From a virus: a DNA stretch of 64,000 bases. The notes under the pieces are model-generated. The model ran no database searches and was not told the origin of the DNA. It saw nothing but the letters and a program-made list of their open reading frames with translations. Position numbers and translations under genes: made by a program. Of the stretch, positions 46,592 to 57,536 are shown piece after piece. The stretch lies in the IMG/VR virus record IMGVR_UViG_3300042508_000428. One strand, written 5' to 3'. Positions within the stretch are counted from its first letter, which is position 1, and every line of letters starts with the position of its first letter.

Positions 46592-49500
46592 AAAAGTTTG
46601 TTTTTAGAAGCAATAAATATAACGTCACTCATCAAGACCTTCAAAGAGGAATTGAGGATCGTGGGTATATAGATTCAAATCCTATTACCGATAGTGAGAC
46701 AAACCCTTTAAGTAAATGGAAAAAATATCAAGGCGAGAGAGACGATACAAATTTGTTTGTTTCTTCTAGCAACAATATTTCAAGAATTCAAATCCATCAA
46801 GCAATAAATAGATTGTATGATAGTTTGGAGTTTGGTCAAGTTAATGTAAGTGTAGATGTTGATCCAACATATAAGGTTGGATACAATTATAATAAACAAA
46901 AGTTTTTTAATTATGTTGAAGAGTATTTAGTTCAAAACCCATCAGAAACTTTGGCATTTGTAAAAGATCCTCAGCAATTTTTAGTAACTATTCCAGGATT
47001 AAATGTTAAAAATATTCTTGTTTATCAAGGTGGAAGTAACAAAACAAATACAACACTTCCTTTTTTAAAAACAAACACTGGAGACATTGTTGGTCATCAT
47101 AAAGATGGACAATTTGAGAGAGGTTTACAAGGACCATTTACAGAAGCAAATGTTGGTGGTTACAAACATAGACACCAGAGAGTTGGCAACACAACTGATA
47201 GACCAGAAAGATTTAAAATAACAGATGACGGTACAACAATTACTTTTTCCTCCCCTATTAGCGGAAATACAAACGCTCCATATGCTAGATTTAGTAGAGA
47301 AGGATTTACAAAATCTGTTGTTAATATTGCCAATATAAGAGCAACAGGATCCTTCGCTTTGGGAAATTTTCAAAGAAACTATGAAGTAGTCAGCGGGCTA
47401 CATAGAAGAGCACAAAACCTAGCATTAGTTGATCGTCCACAAAACTTTCAACAAAGAGCAATAGAAAATCCTCTTTTAACAGGATCTTCTGATTATGCTA
47501 TACCAGATAGAACCTTATTGGATGGAACTTATAATAAAACAGTTTTTGTGAACAAGTTTGGAGCGCCAGGAGATTCAAAATCATCTACTCCAATTCATAT
47601 GGATTTTGATTCGGAAGAATATTCAGTATATAACACGGTTAATTATAGAAATATATCTGGAAGATTGTTTTTAAAGAAGAATTTGTCAACTGGTTCATAT
47701 TTTGGAGGATATATATCTGGTTCTTATGGAATTACAACCTCCTATAATAAAACGCAGAGAAACAATAGAAGAATACCAATTTCCGGTACAACACAATTTA
47801 AGTTAAGACCAGATAATACATTTTTTAGTTACGGAATTCCCGCAAGAGATGGTGGATATTCTTGGATATTAAATTATACAACAGGCGGAAATAATCCAGG
47901 ACTTTATATAAATGGAGTTGATAATGATATAAACTTCATTACATCGTCAATTGATGGGAATTATTTTACAAATCTGTCAAGTAGTTATGTAACTTTTACA
48001 ACATCTTCTGTTTCTTTAAATACTTCAACTAATAATGTTTTAAGGAAGTTTAATGTTCAATTTAGTGGAATGTGGAAATTTACTCCAAAAAAACAATTAT
48101 CGCAAAATTATAATCCAATAATTGTTAGAAACAAAGCAAGAAATTATTTTGTTGATTATGTTCCGGATCCACAAACGAATACAAGACAAGATATTCGTTT
48201 TAAAGATTCTTTTATAAAAGATAAACATACAAACATTGTTAATGTTTATGTTGATGAAAACGGAAACGAAGAAAGATTGTCTTTACCATTTGGTCAAGAA
48301 TATGGATCATTAACTTCAGATTTTTATAGAGTCGAAACAGATCAAAATATTAATATATATAAAGACTACAGAAACATCAGACAATCAGATAAATCAAAAT
48401 CTTTATTTGCAAAACTATTCAAATTTGATAGATATACAAAAAAGAATAATTTAAATATTAAAAAAATTAAATCAATTATTCATGAAGAAAAAATTTATCC
48501 AAGAAGTCAAAATGTTTATAGAGATATTGCCAGAGTCAGAAACAATTATTCTAGTAAATGGGCAGATAATTTAGATAATAGATTGACAGAATTAACAAAT
48601 AGTCAAGGTCAAGTTTATGTAAGAACCGCTTTCTTAAACAAAGACAGTGGTGGAACAGAATATAAATTTAGTTATTGGCCAATGGATGCTAATGAGGATC
48701 CAACTTTTACTGGAGCGATCGTAAGAGATAAATCTGGTGAATTAATACAATTAGATAACATTAATTTTTATTTCAGCGCTTATGGTGTTAACCCTGGTTT
48801 AATCGTTCCATCTGGATCATATTATGGAGCAAGATTCGGTAGAAACTGGAATCGTAATCGACCAGCGAATGTTGTTCATGAACAAGCAGGCAGAGGACCG
48901 TTTAAAAATTCATATGAGCAGTTTTACTCGGATATTAAATTGATTGGTCAAGACTGTTCGGTGGTTCCAGAATACAGAATCAGTCCAAGACTAGACACAT
49001 TTTATAGTAGCAACATTTCATATTATAGTGATACATTTAATTCTTTAGAATTAACTGGAACAGTTGTTGAAGATGCAAGTTTGGCAATATCAACAAGTTC
49101 CGCTTTCTTGGAACAGAGAGTCAATTCCGACTATATTGATTTAAATGAATATCTCAATAAAGAACTAACAGAATTTAAATTAAACACGATTAAATTAAAA
49201 GTTAAAGGGATTAAGAAATTTTTGCCATATGATGGATTTTATCCACAGCAAAGAATGTTGCAATTGGCAAGTCAATTTTCTTCATCTTATAATGGATTGT
49301 TTACGTTGTTTGGCGTTCAATCAACATTTAGAACCGCTCTAACTCCATTCTACGCTCCAGGAATTGGATTCAATTCCATTAAAGCAGGAATGGGTATGCC
49401 ATTTAATGTTGCTACGGCAAGTATCGGATCAAACCCTTTTTCTGACATAACAAGCAGTATTGATTCTGCAAGTTTATTTTATCATAAATTACCTTGGGAT

Positions 49501-51447
49501 TCTATTTTATATCCTTATAAAAGATTGCAAGAAATATCTGGATTAAAGATAGTTGATATTGATCCTGATATGCCAATAAATTCAACGGCAAGTATCAATA
49601 GCAATAATTCGTCAACTACTCAAATAAAATACAACCTTGCCTATGATTATATGGCAAACAACTACTACTCAGAAGTAATAGATTTTTTTAAAGACTCTGG
49701 GAACTTATCGTCATTAAAATCAAGACCAAGCAATCAATGGTATTTTCCTGATATTTCAAAAAGATATGCAATGGACATTGTTATACTAAAACAAGGTTTG
49801 TACACGACATATTCTTCACATGAGAATTTTGGTCCAAAACCATATGGATTTCACGCTCCACCATGGAACTTTGCAGATCTATCAAATGCAACAACACCTG
49901 GATATAACTCAGATGTTTCTGAGTCGCCAAATAGTTTTAGAATCTCTGGACAAACATACGCTCAGATCATTTTTGATCCGCAATCTCTTGCAGTTGGTGA
50001 TCTCGATTATTATTTGAAAGGCAAGTTTAACATTGGAGATGTTTTAAGAAACAGTACTGTGAGTTATACTTCTTTTATGCTCGGGAACAATACATCATCT
50101 GCAACAGTTCAAATAAACGATCTTGTTGATCTGTTTTCTGTATCCGCAGATGGTTTAACTTGGCAACCACAAGTTAAATGGGAGTGCCCAACTGCTGACT
50201 TAAATTTCTATGCTCTTTCGGCAAAACTAACCAACTCTTCTGGAAATGATAGTGGAGGTGGTTCTAATGGTGATGCAATTAGAGGTATTTGGCATCAATA
50301 TGCTTCATTGTCTAACAATAATGATGGTCTTTTCTTGTCTGTAAGAAACTCAAATGTTAATACAGATTTAACGGGTTCGTTATTGGACGTTGTCGGATTT
50401 GACAAATCTGCTAGAACAAAAATAGGAAAGATTGCCTCCTCCAGGGTAATAAGTGAAACATTACTTGTCATTCCTTATTATCTAAATGATTGTGGCGAAG
50501 AAAAATATTTCGACATTGATATTGACACGTTTGAAAGATTATATACAACAAATACTGGTATAGTTGGAGAAATGAAGTTAATTTCAAGAAATTATGTTTT
50601 GCCTCCACAGATGGATTTTATAAGATTAAGAGATCAAACTAGAAGAAGATTAGAAAAACCAGACTATGGTAGTATTAAATCTCCATTTATAATGTTCCCA
50701 TTTGAGTTTAAGGCAACATTAACACAACAAGATCTTGCAGACATTTGGCAAGGAGTTTTGCCAACTTCAGCAGATGTTGCAGAAGTCGATTACCAAGAAA
50801 AAGAATTCTTCATAGGAAATTATCTAAAAGATTTAAATTATAAATTACCAGATAATACAAGATTTAAAGTCTTTAAAGTTAAAAAGAGAGCAGTTGTAAA
50901 CTATGAAGAAATCAATTACAAGTCTCTTGGATACGCTTATTCTGATACAAGTTATGGATATAATTGGCCTTACGACTTCTTCTCTTTACTGGAGATGGCA
51001 GAAGTTAGAGCAGAAATGACATATGGAACAGAGACCAAAGAAGATACAAGCAAAGTTGATATAAGTGACATTACAACACAACAGGTACAAACTATTTTAG
51101 AGAGATCTTCTATTTTGGGAACAGTATCACCAGAGGTTGCTTCTGTTTTACAAAGAGAGATTGGAACGCTAGGAGTTATTTCAGACTCTGAAGGTGTAGA
51201 TGCTACCGCAAGATTAAGAACTGGTTTAACATTGTCTACTGCAGATACAGTATTGGGATCGGCAGATTTATCAACAAACGTTGCTACGACTACAATTGGT
51301 AGAACAATAGATATTACAGGAACAACTCTCAACACGAATGGCGGTTCAACAAGTACGTTCATGCCGACATCAACAAATTCTGGTGGTTCAACGACAACGT
51401 TTATGCCAACTTCTACAACAGACACGGGAACAAATACTAGCGGGTGA
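46588..51447 (+). CDS. large hypothetical virion protein (1619 aa) with a Thr/Ser-rich C-terminal tail
   Basis: Long ORF; the last ~90 aa are dominated by T/S/G. Confidence 0.6.
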   Translation: MKKFVFRSNKYNVTHQDLQRGIEDRGYIDSNPITDSETNPLSKWKKYQGERDDTNLFVSSSNNISRIQIHQAINRLYDSLEFGQVNVSVDVDPTYKVGYNYNKQKFFNYVEEYLVQNPSETLAFVKDPQQFLVTIPGLNVKNILVYQGGSNKTNTTLPFLKTNTGDIVGHHKDGQFERGLQGPFTEANVGGYKHRHQRVGNTTDRPERFKITDDGTTITFSSPISGNTNAPYARFSREGFTKSVVNIANIRATGSFALGNFQRNYEVVSGLHRRAQNLALVDRPQNFQQRAIENPLLTGSSDYAIPDRTLLDGTYNKTVFVNKFGAPGDSKSSTPIHMDFDSEEYSVYNTVNYRNISGRLFLKKNLSTGSYFGGYISGSYGITTSYNKTQRNNRRIPISGTTQFKLRPDNTFFSYGIPARDGGYSWILNYTTGGNNPGLYINGVDNDINFITSSIDGNYFTNLSSSYVTFTTSSVSLNTSTNNVLRKFNVQFSGMWKFTPKKQLSQNYNPIIVRNKARNYFVDYVPDPQTNTRQDIRFKDSFIKDKHTNIVNVYVDENGNEERLSLPFGQEYGSLTSDFYRVETDQNINIYKDYRNIRQSDKSKSLFAKLFKFDRYTKKNNLNIKKIKSIIHEEKIYPRSQNVYRDIARVRNNYSSKWADNLDNRLTELTNSQGQVYVRTAFLNKDSGGTEYKFSYWPMDANEDPTFTGAIVRDKSGELIQLDNINFYFSAYGVNPGLIVPSGSYYGARFGRNWNRNRPANVVHEQAGRGPFKNSYEQFYSDIKLIGQDCSVVPEYRISPRLDTFYSSNISYYSDTFNSLELTGTVVEDASLAISTSSAFLEQRVNSDYIDLNEYLNKELTEFKLNTIKLKVKGIKKFLPYDGFYPQQRMLQLASQFSSSYNGLFTLFGVQSTFRTALTPFYAPGIGFNSIKAGMGMPFNVATASIGSNPFSDITSSIDSASLFYHKLPWDSILYPYKRLQEISGLKIVDIDPDMPINSTASINSNNSSTTQIKYNLAYDYMANNYYSEVIDFFKDSGNLSSLKSRPSNQWYFPDISKRYAMDIVILKQGLYTTYSSHENFGPKPYGFHAPPWNFADLSNATTPGYNSDVSESPNSFRISGQTYAQIIFDPQSLAVGDLDYYLKGKFNIGDVLRNSTVSYTSFMLGNNTSSATVQINDLVDLFSVSADGLTWQPQVKWECPTADLNFYALSAKLTNSSGNDSGGGSNGDAIRGIWHQYASLSNNNDGLFLSVRNSNVNTDLTGSLLDVVGFDKSARTKIGKIASSRVISETLLVIPYYLNDCGEEKYFDIDIDTFERLYTTNTGIVGEMKLISRNYVLPPQMDFIRLRDQTRRRLEKPDYGSIKSPFIMFPFEFKATLTQQDLADIWQGVLPTSADVAEVDYQEKEFFIGNYLKDLNYKLPDNTRFKVFKVKKRAVVNYEEINYKSLGYAYSDTSYGYNWPYDFFSLLEMAEVRAEMTYGTETKEDTSKVDISDITTQQVQTILERSSILGTVSPEVASVLQREIGTLGVISDSEGVDATARLRTGLTLSTADTVLGSADLSTNVATTTIGRTIDITGTTLNTNGGSTSTFMPTSTNSGGSTTTFMPTSTTDTGTNTSG
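51340..51420 (+). repeat. two imperfect 13-aa repeats GGST(S/T)TFMPTST(N/T) with a 42-nt period
   Basis: Copies at 51340-51378 and 51382-51420. Confidence 0.85.
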
Positions 51448-51448
51448 T

Positions 51449-51456
51449 CTAATTAT
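51449..51456 (+). promoter_or_regulatory. candidate late-promoter motif CTAATTAT
   Basis: In the 23-nt intergenic gap, 22 nt before ATG 51471. Confidence 0.4.
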
Positions 51457-51470
51457 TTTAGGGAATCATA

Positions 51471-52847
51471 ATGGAATTTTTTAATAAAAAAGAAGAGGTA
51501 TTAGAAATAGTTTTAACCCAAAAAGGGAGAGAACTATATTCACAGGGAAAGTTTAAACCTACTTATTATTCTTTTCACGACACCGACATTACATATGATA
51601 ATGCATCCGGGGAAGAGCAGAATGATATTGTTTCAAGAATAAAAGATACCCCAACATTAAAGTCCATAGTTGGATTACAGAATCCTATTACATCGTTTAT
51701 AGATTATGCTTCTAACAAGAATAAACAAAAAGAGTTTGTTTTAAAGAATGAGATAGGATCTAAAACATTAGGCGATCAATATGCTCCATCCTGGAATTTG
51801 AAATTTTTAAAAACACCACCGTTTCAGTGGTATGGAACAAGCAGAGATCAAATAACAGATAATAAAAAATATCAATTAAATTTTAGCTCAAGTATTGATT
51901 TTGATAAAAGTTCACAAGAACTAATACCACAATTTAATATTCAAACTCTGTATCAAGTTTATGATGTAGATGATTTAACTCAAAACAAGTTTTCCATTCA
52001 ATTTCCTAAACAAGATTATTCTTTAAGTGGATTTTATTCTTTTGTAGCGAAAGAATTGGGAACAAAAGTCTCTTCAAGCGATAAGCCATTTATACAATTC
52101 ATACCAAAAAAAGTAAAAAAGAAATTTGGGTTCTCAGAGATTGAAGTAATAGAATATGATACGATAATAACTCCCACTAATCTTTTTGGATTTCCATCAG
52201 AAGAAAAAGAAATTTTTGGATCAAAAATAAAAACTTATAAAATATTTAATAAATCTTTAAAAATGGATTTATTTTTTTCTATATCACAATTTGAACAAGA
52301 ACTAAAAAATCTTTATGATGCTTCTATATTTGTTTTAACAAAATTGTTTAATGAACTTTTTCCTTTACAATTACAAACTACAGAAGAGTTTGTTAAATTA
52401 ATGAAAGATGGGTTTAGTACAGATTATAATTATGATTACGAACAAATTAAACAATTAAGCAAATCACTGATGAATGTTAGTTTTATTATTGATACATTTA
52501 AAATGTCAAGCATAGACGGGATTAATGTTGAATTTTATAATAGCAAAGATCAAGCAATAAAAATGCAAATTCCTAAATATGATATCCTAAAAAGCATGTG
52601 GTTGGTCAGAGATCCAAAACTTTTAATTGATTTTCAGGAATTAAACGCATATGAAACAAATGAAGAAAGTTTATATGAATTAAAATATTATGAGATTTTA
52701 AATAATTCTGGTTTATATAAAAAACTAAATACAGATGAGATTAGAGAATATGTTAGTATTTCTTTTGATTCTGTTGCTGATTTAGAAAATAAGCAATTAA
52801 CTAGAAATATATATGATACTAATTCGGCGGACGATACAACATGCTAA
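51471..52847 (+). CDS. structural protein; N-terminus paralogous to 56457..57524
   Basis: EIVLTQKGRELYSQGKFKPTYYSFHDTDITYD compared with DAVLTDVGRQKLAQGGGNFLVTKFALGDAEIDY. Confidence 0.6.
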   Translation: MEFFNKKEEVLEIVLTQKGRELYSQGKFKPTYYSFHDTDITYDNASGEEQNDIVSRIKDTPTLKSIVGLQNPITSFIDYASNKNKQKEFVLKNEIGSKTLGDQYAPSWNLKFLKTPPFQWYGTSRDQITDNKKYQLNFSSSIDFDKSSQELIPQFNIQTLYQVYDVDDLTQNKFSIQFPKQDYSLSGFYSFVAKELGTKVSSSDKPFIQFIPKKVKKKFGFSEIEVIEYDTIITPTNLFGFPSEEKEIFGSKIKTYKIFNKSLKMDLFFSISQFEQELKNLYDASIFVLTKLFNELFPLQLQTTEEFVKLMKDGFSTDYNYDYEQIKQLSKSLMNVSFIIDTFKMSSIDGINVEFYNSKDQAIKMQIPKYDILKSMWLVRDPKLLIDFQELNAYETNEESLYELKYYEILNNSGLYKKLNTDEIREYVSISFDSVADLENKQLTRNIYDTNSADDTTC

Positions 52848-54076
52848 ACCTTTTTGATCAAAACAAAGTATATTATGATAATTTCAGTTATTATTTTGAT
52901 AGAGGTCAAAATTTAAATGTAATATTTTCTTTTAATTTCTATAAATTTATTTTAGATAATGTTCCAAACTCTACTATAGACTTTGCTTTATTAAACAAAG
53001 ACAGGTATTCTATAAAAGTTTTTTTGACAAAAGAAAATCAATTTAAAAATTACATAGAACTTTTTGATTCTTATACCAAAGTAAACTTAACAACAACACC
53101 ATTTTTCGTAGACACATATTTTTGTTCAAAAAGAGTTTCAAATCTAAGTGGAAATTATAGAGTAATGGTTAAAATTAGTTATGGTTCTATAGAATCAGAT
53201 TATCTTAATTATGAGATACCGCTTTCAATACAAAATTCTTCCAAGCTTAATAATCTTAAATATGAAAAAATTATAAATGAACCAAAATATGCATTTTTTG
53301 AACAAAAATCTAATAATGTAGAAAATCAATATATGTTCATGTCGGAAGATATTAATATAAATTTGAAAGATAAATATATTTACAACTTATACGATATATA
53401 TTCCAACAATATTACATATAACAATTTATCTAGTTATTTATCATCTTTAGAAGTGAATAGAGGCATAAAATACGATGGTTCTCTTACCACCAACAATTAT
53501 TATGACCAAGAACAAAAACCACTTGATTTTAATTTCATAAATAATTCCGGAGATAAAACAAATTATACAAATTTAGTAACAAAAATATTTCAGAATTCTT
53601 TACAAGAAAAACAATATAAAGAAATTTGTTATTCAAATAATCTATTTATACAAACTTCTAAGAACGATAGAAACAGAAAAGAATCAATTAAATCATACGA
53701 AGTTCTTGCTGGATCGCTCACGTCTACGGCATGTGAAAATGATTTATTCAACGAATATTCAAAAAAATCTGAAATTTTAAGTTCTGATATTCTTATGTTG
53801 TCTTTTTATTATGACAACATTTATAACTTGAGTATAAATGATTTTTGGAAAGACGATATAACACTATTACCTGTTTATGTTTTAGATGTTAAAACAAAAT
53901 ATAAAATGTATTATATGTCTAGTTTATTACCAGATAGTATGACACAAAATTGGAATTTGTTGGACAGGACAACTTTAGAAAATCTTACTAGTGGAAATTA
54001 TTTATGCAAGATAGTTAATGATGAGATATATCTCACAAATTTGTTAATGGAAAATTATTTTATCTTAAATAAGTGA
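52841..54076 (+). CDS. hypothetical protein
   Basis: 411-aa N/Y-rich ORF. Confidence 0.6.
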   Translation: MLNLFDQNKVYYDNFSYYFDRGQNLNVIFSFNFYKFILDNVPNSTIDFALLNKDRYSIKVFLTKENQFKNYIELFDSYTKVNLTTTPFFVDTYFCSKRVSNLSGNYRVMVKISYGSIESDYLNYEIPLSIQNSSKLNNLKYEKIINEPKYAFFEQKSNNVENQYMFMSEDININLKDKYIYNLYDIYSNNITYNNLSSYLSSLEVNRGIKYDGSLTTNNYYDQEQKPLDFNFINNSGDKTNYTNLVTKIFQNSLQEKQYKEICYSNNLFIQTSKNDRNRKESIKSYEVLAGSLTSTACENDLFNEYSKKSEILSSDILMLSFYYDNIYNLSINDFWKDDITLLPVYVLDVKTKYKMYYMSSLLPDSMTQNWNLLDRTTLENLTSGNYLCKIVNDEIYLTNLLMENYFILNK

Positions 54077-54083
54077 AAAAAGA

Positions 54084-56414
54084 ATGGCAACACCTAAAAC
54101 CTCACCAAAAGCTAAAGAAACATTCCCAAACGGAAATGTAATAGATGTTAATAAATTATTAGATCCAAGCGTTTCTGTATCAAATCAGTTTGAGGATAAG
54201 ATAAGAAAAGCAGTAAAATTTATAAATGATATAAATGTTTATACTTTTGATTTTAAACAAGCGGAAGAAACAAAAAAGTTTTTTAAAGATTTTAAACTTA
54301 CAGAGTATGGAGCAAAAACAGGTCCAGAACCACCAAAATTTATTTATGATGTAATAAAAACAAACATCATTGATCAATTATATAATTTCTTTAATAATAT
54401 ATTAAAAGAAGATTTTAAACAACTTGGATTGTCTCCAAATCAATTATTTAAGCAATTAATAGTTGGTCTTAAGGTAAAAACTTATGATCCAAAAGTGAAA
54501 GCAATAATTGATGAAAAAGCAAAAAATTTTAATACGAATCCTATTCCTGCATCTTTATTCATAAATTATGTTTATGATAATCCAAATGTATTGATTCCAA
54601 AAACAAGAATACCAAAACTTCTATTTATCACTGGTGATTCAAATCAATTTTATGATACTTCTCCAATAGTCATAAATCAAGAAGAAATAATTAAATATTT
54701 AAATATAAAAAATGCTCCTTTTGAGCAAATTGGATTTAAAATAGAAAATTATTTCTTATATAAAATAATTGATTCTAAAAAGTCAACTGAAAAATTAAGT
54801 GAAAAAACCGCAGAGGAGTATTTAAAAACAGTTAAGGAAATTTATCAGAGTTTTTTATTCGATATTGATCAAGTTTTTAATAAAGAGTCTGTTAATTCGC
54901 CAGCTGCTAAACAAAAAGTAAAAAATGCCATACAATTAGTAATAAACAAAATCAATGAAATTGATTCATATATTGCTATAAACGAAAATAAGATAATTTT
55001 TCCTCCTCAAGAACAAATTAAAGATAAAAAAGATTTATATAATTTTATTGTTAAATACGGATTGGATCAAAAAAATTTAATTGAGTCTCTTAAAGATATT
55101 TCATTAAATGCCATAAAATTAATGGAGCAAATAGGGCCTCTTTTACCCAAAAGTCCAAATCAAACATCTTCTGGATATTCAGAAACGCTAAAAGAGTTTG
55201 AAAAATTTTTAATAGATCCACTATTTCAAACAATAGATAGAAGATATAAAGATTTTGTAAAATATTATACAAAATTAGAAGAGGAAATAGGCAAAAAAGT
55301 ATTACCATATTTAAAAATTCTTTCTACATCATTTGTAAAATTTCCAATATACAAATATACAGAAGAGTTAGTAAATCCAAAATTTTATGGACCAACTCCA
55401 GATTTGGATATAGATTTATTATATGATAAAAAAGTTGATATATATAAAAACAAAGACCCAAAACTTTTGTTTACTTTTCAAAAACCTCAACTTTTATCGC
55501 ATGAGAAAATATTAGTCCCAATTTTTAATAAAGAAGGAAAAAATAATTATAAACCATCAAAAGAGCAAGAATTTATTAACGCTCTACAACCAACAAAAAT
55601 ATTTGTTTATAGAGCAGATTATGAAATAAAAAACCTAACTCCTGATTTATTATCTGATGGAAATTTGTTAAAAGAATTAGATGTAAAAAGTGATAATTTA
55701 TCTTTTTATGATATTTTAGAACCAAATAAAAATTATTATTATTTTTACGTTTCTAAATTTACAAAACCAACTGATGAAACAGTTTATTTAATAGACAACA
55801 ACTATGTTATTATAAGCGGAGAAGATTTATATTGGTTTTGCTCTCCAATTATAAAAGTTAAATTAGTTAAAGACTCAAATTTTTATTTTCTTGAAACTGA
55901 TACTTTGACTGAAAATGATTTTATAGAAACAAAATATGAAGAAAGTTTTAAAAACAAGATATCAATAACACCAAAATCAAAACCTTTTGGTTATGGTGGT
56001 AGTAGCTTTGCAAGCGGTCAAGAAAACTATTTAAAAATTAGAGTTACATCTTCGAAAACAAATAAAAAATTAGATTTAAATCTAAAATATACAATTAACA
56101 AAGAAAAGAAAAATATGAAAAATTATGAAAAAGAAAAACTAAAACCAGAAATGGTAGAAGATCTAAACGATGAAATAGTAAAAAATATTATAAAAAGCAA
56201 ATTTAAAAATCAAAATGTAACAGAACTTATAAACAACATAGTAAAAGCGGAAGAAAGTTCATTAAAGATTGAAACAACTAATTTAAAAATACCTGTTAAT
56301 TCTGTTCTAAATACAGCGTTAGCAGAGGCGATTATTATAGAATCAACAATAAATACTATAGATAATGTAGATAAAGAAATTGATGCAATAGGAAAATTGT
56401 TTCCAAAAAAATAA
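54084..56414 (+). CDS. hypothetical protein
   Basis: 776-aa ORF. Confidence 0.6.
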   Translation: MATPKTSPKAKETFPNGNVIDVNKLLDPSVSVSNQFEDKIRKAVKFINDINVYTFDFKQAEETKKFFKDFKLTEYGAKTGPEPPKFIYDVIKTNIIDQLYNFFNNILKEDFKQLGLSPNQLFKQLIVGLKVKTYDPKVKAIIDEKAKNFNTNPIPASLFINYVYDNPNVLIPKTRIPKLLFITGDSNQFYDTSPIVINQEEIIKYLNIKNAPFEQIGFKIENYFLYKIIDSKKSTEKLSEKTAEEYLKTVKEIYQSFLFDIDQVFNKESVNSPAAKQKVKNAIQLVINKINEIDSYIAINENKIIFPPQEQIKDKKDLYNFIVKYGLDQKNLIESLKDISLNAIKLMEQIGPLLPKSPNQTSSGYSETLKEFEKFLIDPLFQTIDRRYKDFVKYYTKLEEEIGKKVLPYLKILSTSFVKFPIYKYTEELVNPKFYGPTPDLDIDLLYDKKVDIYKNKDPKLLFTFQKPQLLSHEKILVPIFNKEGKNNYKPSKEQEFINALQPTKIFVYRADYEIKNLTPDLLSDGNLLKELDVKSDNLSFYDILEPNKNYYYFYVSKFTKPTDETVYLIDNNYVIISGEDLYWFCSPIIKVKLVKDSNFYFLETDTLTENDFIETKYEESFKNKISITPKSKPFGYGGSSFASGQENYLKIRVTSSKTNKKLDLNLKYTINKEKKNMKNYEKEKLKPEMVEDLNDEIVKNIIKSKFKNQNVTELINNIVKAEESSLKIETTNLKIPVNSVLNTALAEAIIIESTINTIDNVDKEIDAIGKLFPKK

Positions 56415-56428
56415 AAAGCAATTTCATA

Positions 56429-56436
56429 CTATTTAG
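56429..56436 (+). promoter_or_regulatory. candidate late-promoter motif CTATTTAG
   Basis: Intergenic, 28 nt before ATG 56457; followed by an AGGAG RBS. Confidence 0.45.
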
Positions 56437-56456
56437 TAAAGAGCAGGAGATAAAAA

Positions 56457-57524
56457 ATGTCATTTTTAAATAACAGCGGTGATATAATTGTAGATGCGGT
56501 ATTGACTGATGTAGGCAGACAAAAATTAGCTCAAGGTGGCGGAAATTTTTTAGTGACGAAATTTGCCCTCGGTGATGCAGAAATTGACTATAGATTATAT
56601 AATATAAACAATCCAAGTGGTTCTGCATATTATGATTTAAGCATACTACAAACGCCCATATTTGAACCTTCTACATATGCAGTAGCAGACCTAACAAGCA
56701 AGTTAATAACTTTAACAGATAATAATTTATTATATCTTCCAGCGATGAAGTTGAATCAAAGTCAATTTACAACACAAACTCCAGTTTTAACAATTGATTC
56801 AAATACAGAAGCTCTTGATCTAATTGCCACTGACAACTTTGCGACTTTTATTTCCAACAATGTAACAACAAGTTTGTTGGACGGAAGAATTAATTTACCA
56901 AGCAATGTTGCAAATCCAGCAAACAATTTAGCATCCTCTGTAGCGTTTAGAAGTTCAGAGTTGGTGAAAAGAATAGTTAAAGTTTCTCAAGGATTTGATA
57001 ACCCATTAACAAATGTTTCTTTGAAAAACAACGGTACAAATCAGAATCCAGACCTAGAAGAAACATCTTTTTCTATTTATGTAAACAGACTTTTCTTACA
57101 AGTTGGAGACAACAACTTACAAACAGATACTGTTTTGCCAGTCTTTTCTACAAACACATTTAATAGAACTCAAACATCTGATGTCTATAAAGTGGATGTA
57201 GTTAATAATCCAAATTTCTTTGGTGAAGTAGAAACATATAATGACGGAACTGTCACAAAATTAGCAACAAGTTTAAATGCGCTTGGTATTGATCAGGTTG
57301 GAAAAGAATTACAATTTTCTTTAAAAATTTCTAATATTTTAGCAAGCAATCCATCATATTACTTTACTACATTTGGTTCTGCTCTAGGAACTGGTTATAT
57401 TGTTTCGGGAAAAACACTATCTAGTTCTGATAGTATTTATATGATTTCTACAACAGTAAGAGTGGTTGGTAATACATATGGGTACTCTATTGATATACCA
57501 GTCAAATTATTTTATAAGGCATAA
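56457..57524 (+). CDS. tail/baseplate structural protein with a motif like the N-terminal half of the tail-collar-fibre (DUF3751-type) domain
   Basis: VDAVLTDVGRQKLAQ...VTKFALGD resembles P2 gpH LLTDIGAAKLA...ITHMAVGD. Confidence 0.55.
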   Translation: MSFLNNSGDIIVDAVLTDVGRQKLAQGGGNFLVTKFALGDAEIDYRLYNINNPSGSAYYDLSILQTPIFEPSTYAVADLTSKLITLTDNNLLYLPAMKLNQSQFTTQTPVLTIDSNTEALDLIATDNFATFISNNVTTSLLDGRINLPSNVANPANNLASSVAFRSSELVKRIVKVSQGFDNPLTNVSLKNNGTNQNPDLEETSFSIYVNRLFLQVGDNNLQTDTVLPVFSTNTFNRTQTSDVYKVDVVNNPNFFGEVETYNDGTVTKLATSLNALGIDQVGKELQFSLKISNILASNPSYYFTTFGSALGTGYIVSGKTLSSSDSIYMISTTVRVVGNTYGYSIDIPVKLFYKA

Positions 57525-57536
57525 CGGAGAAAAATA

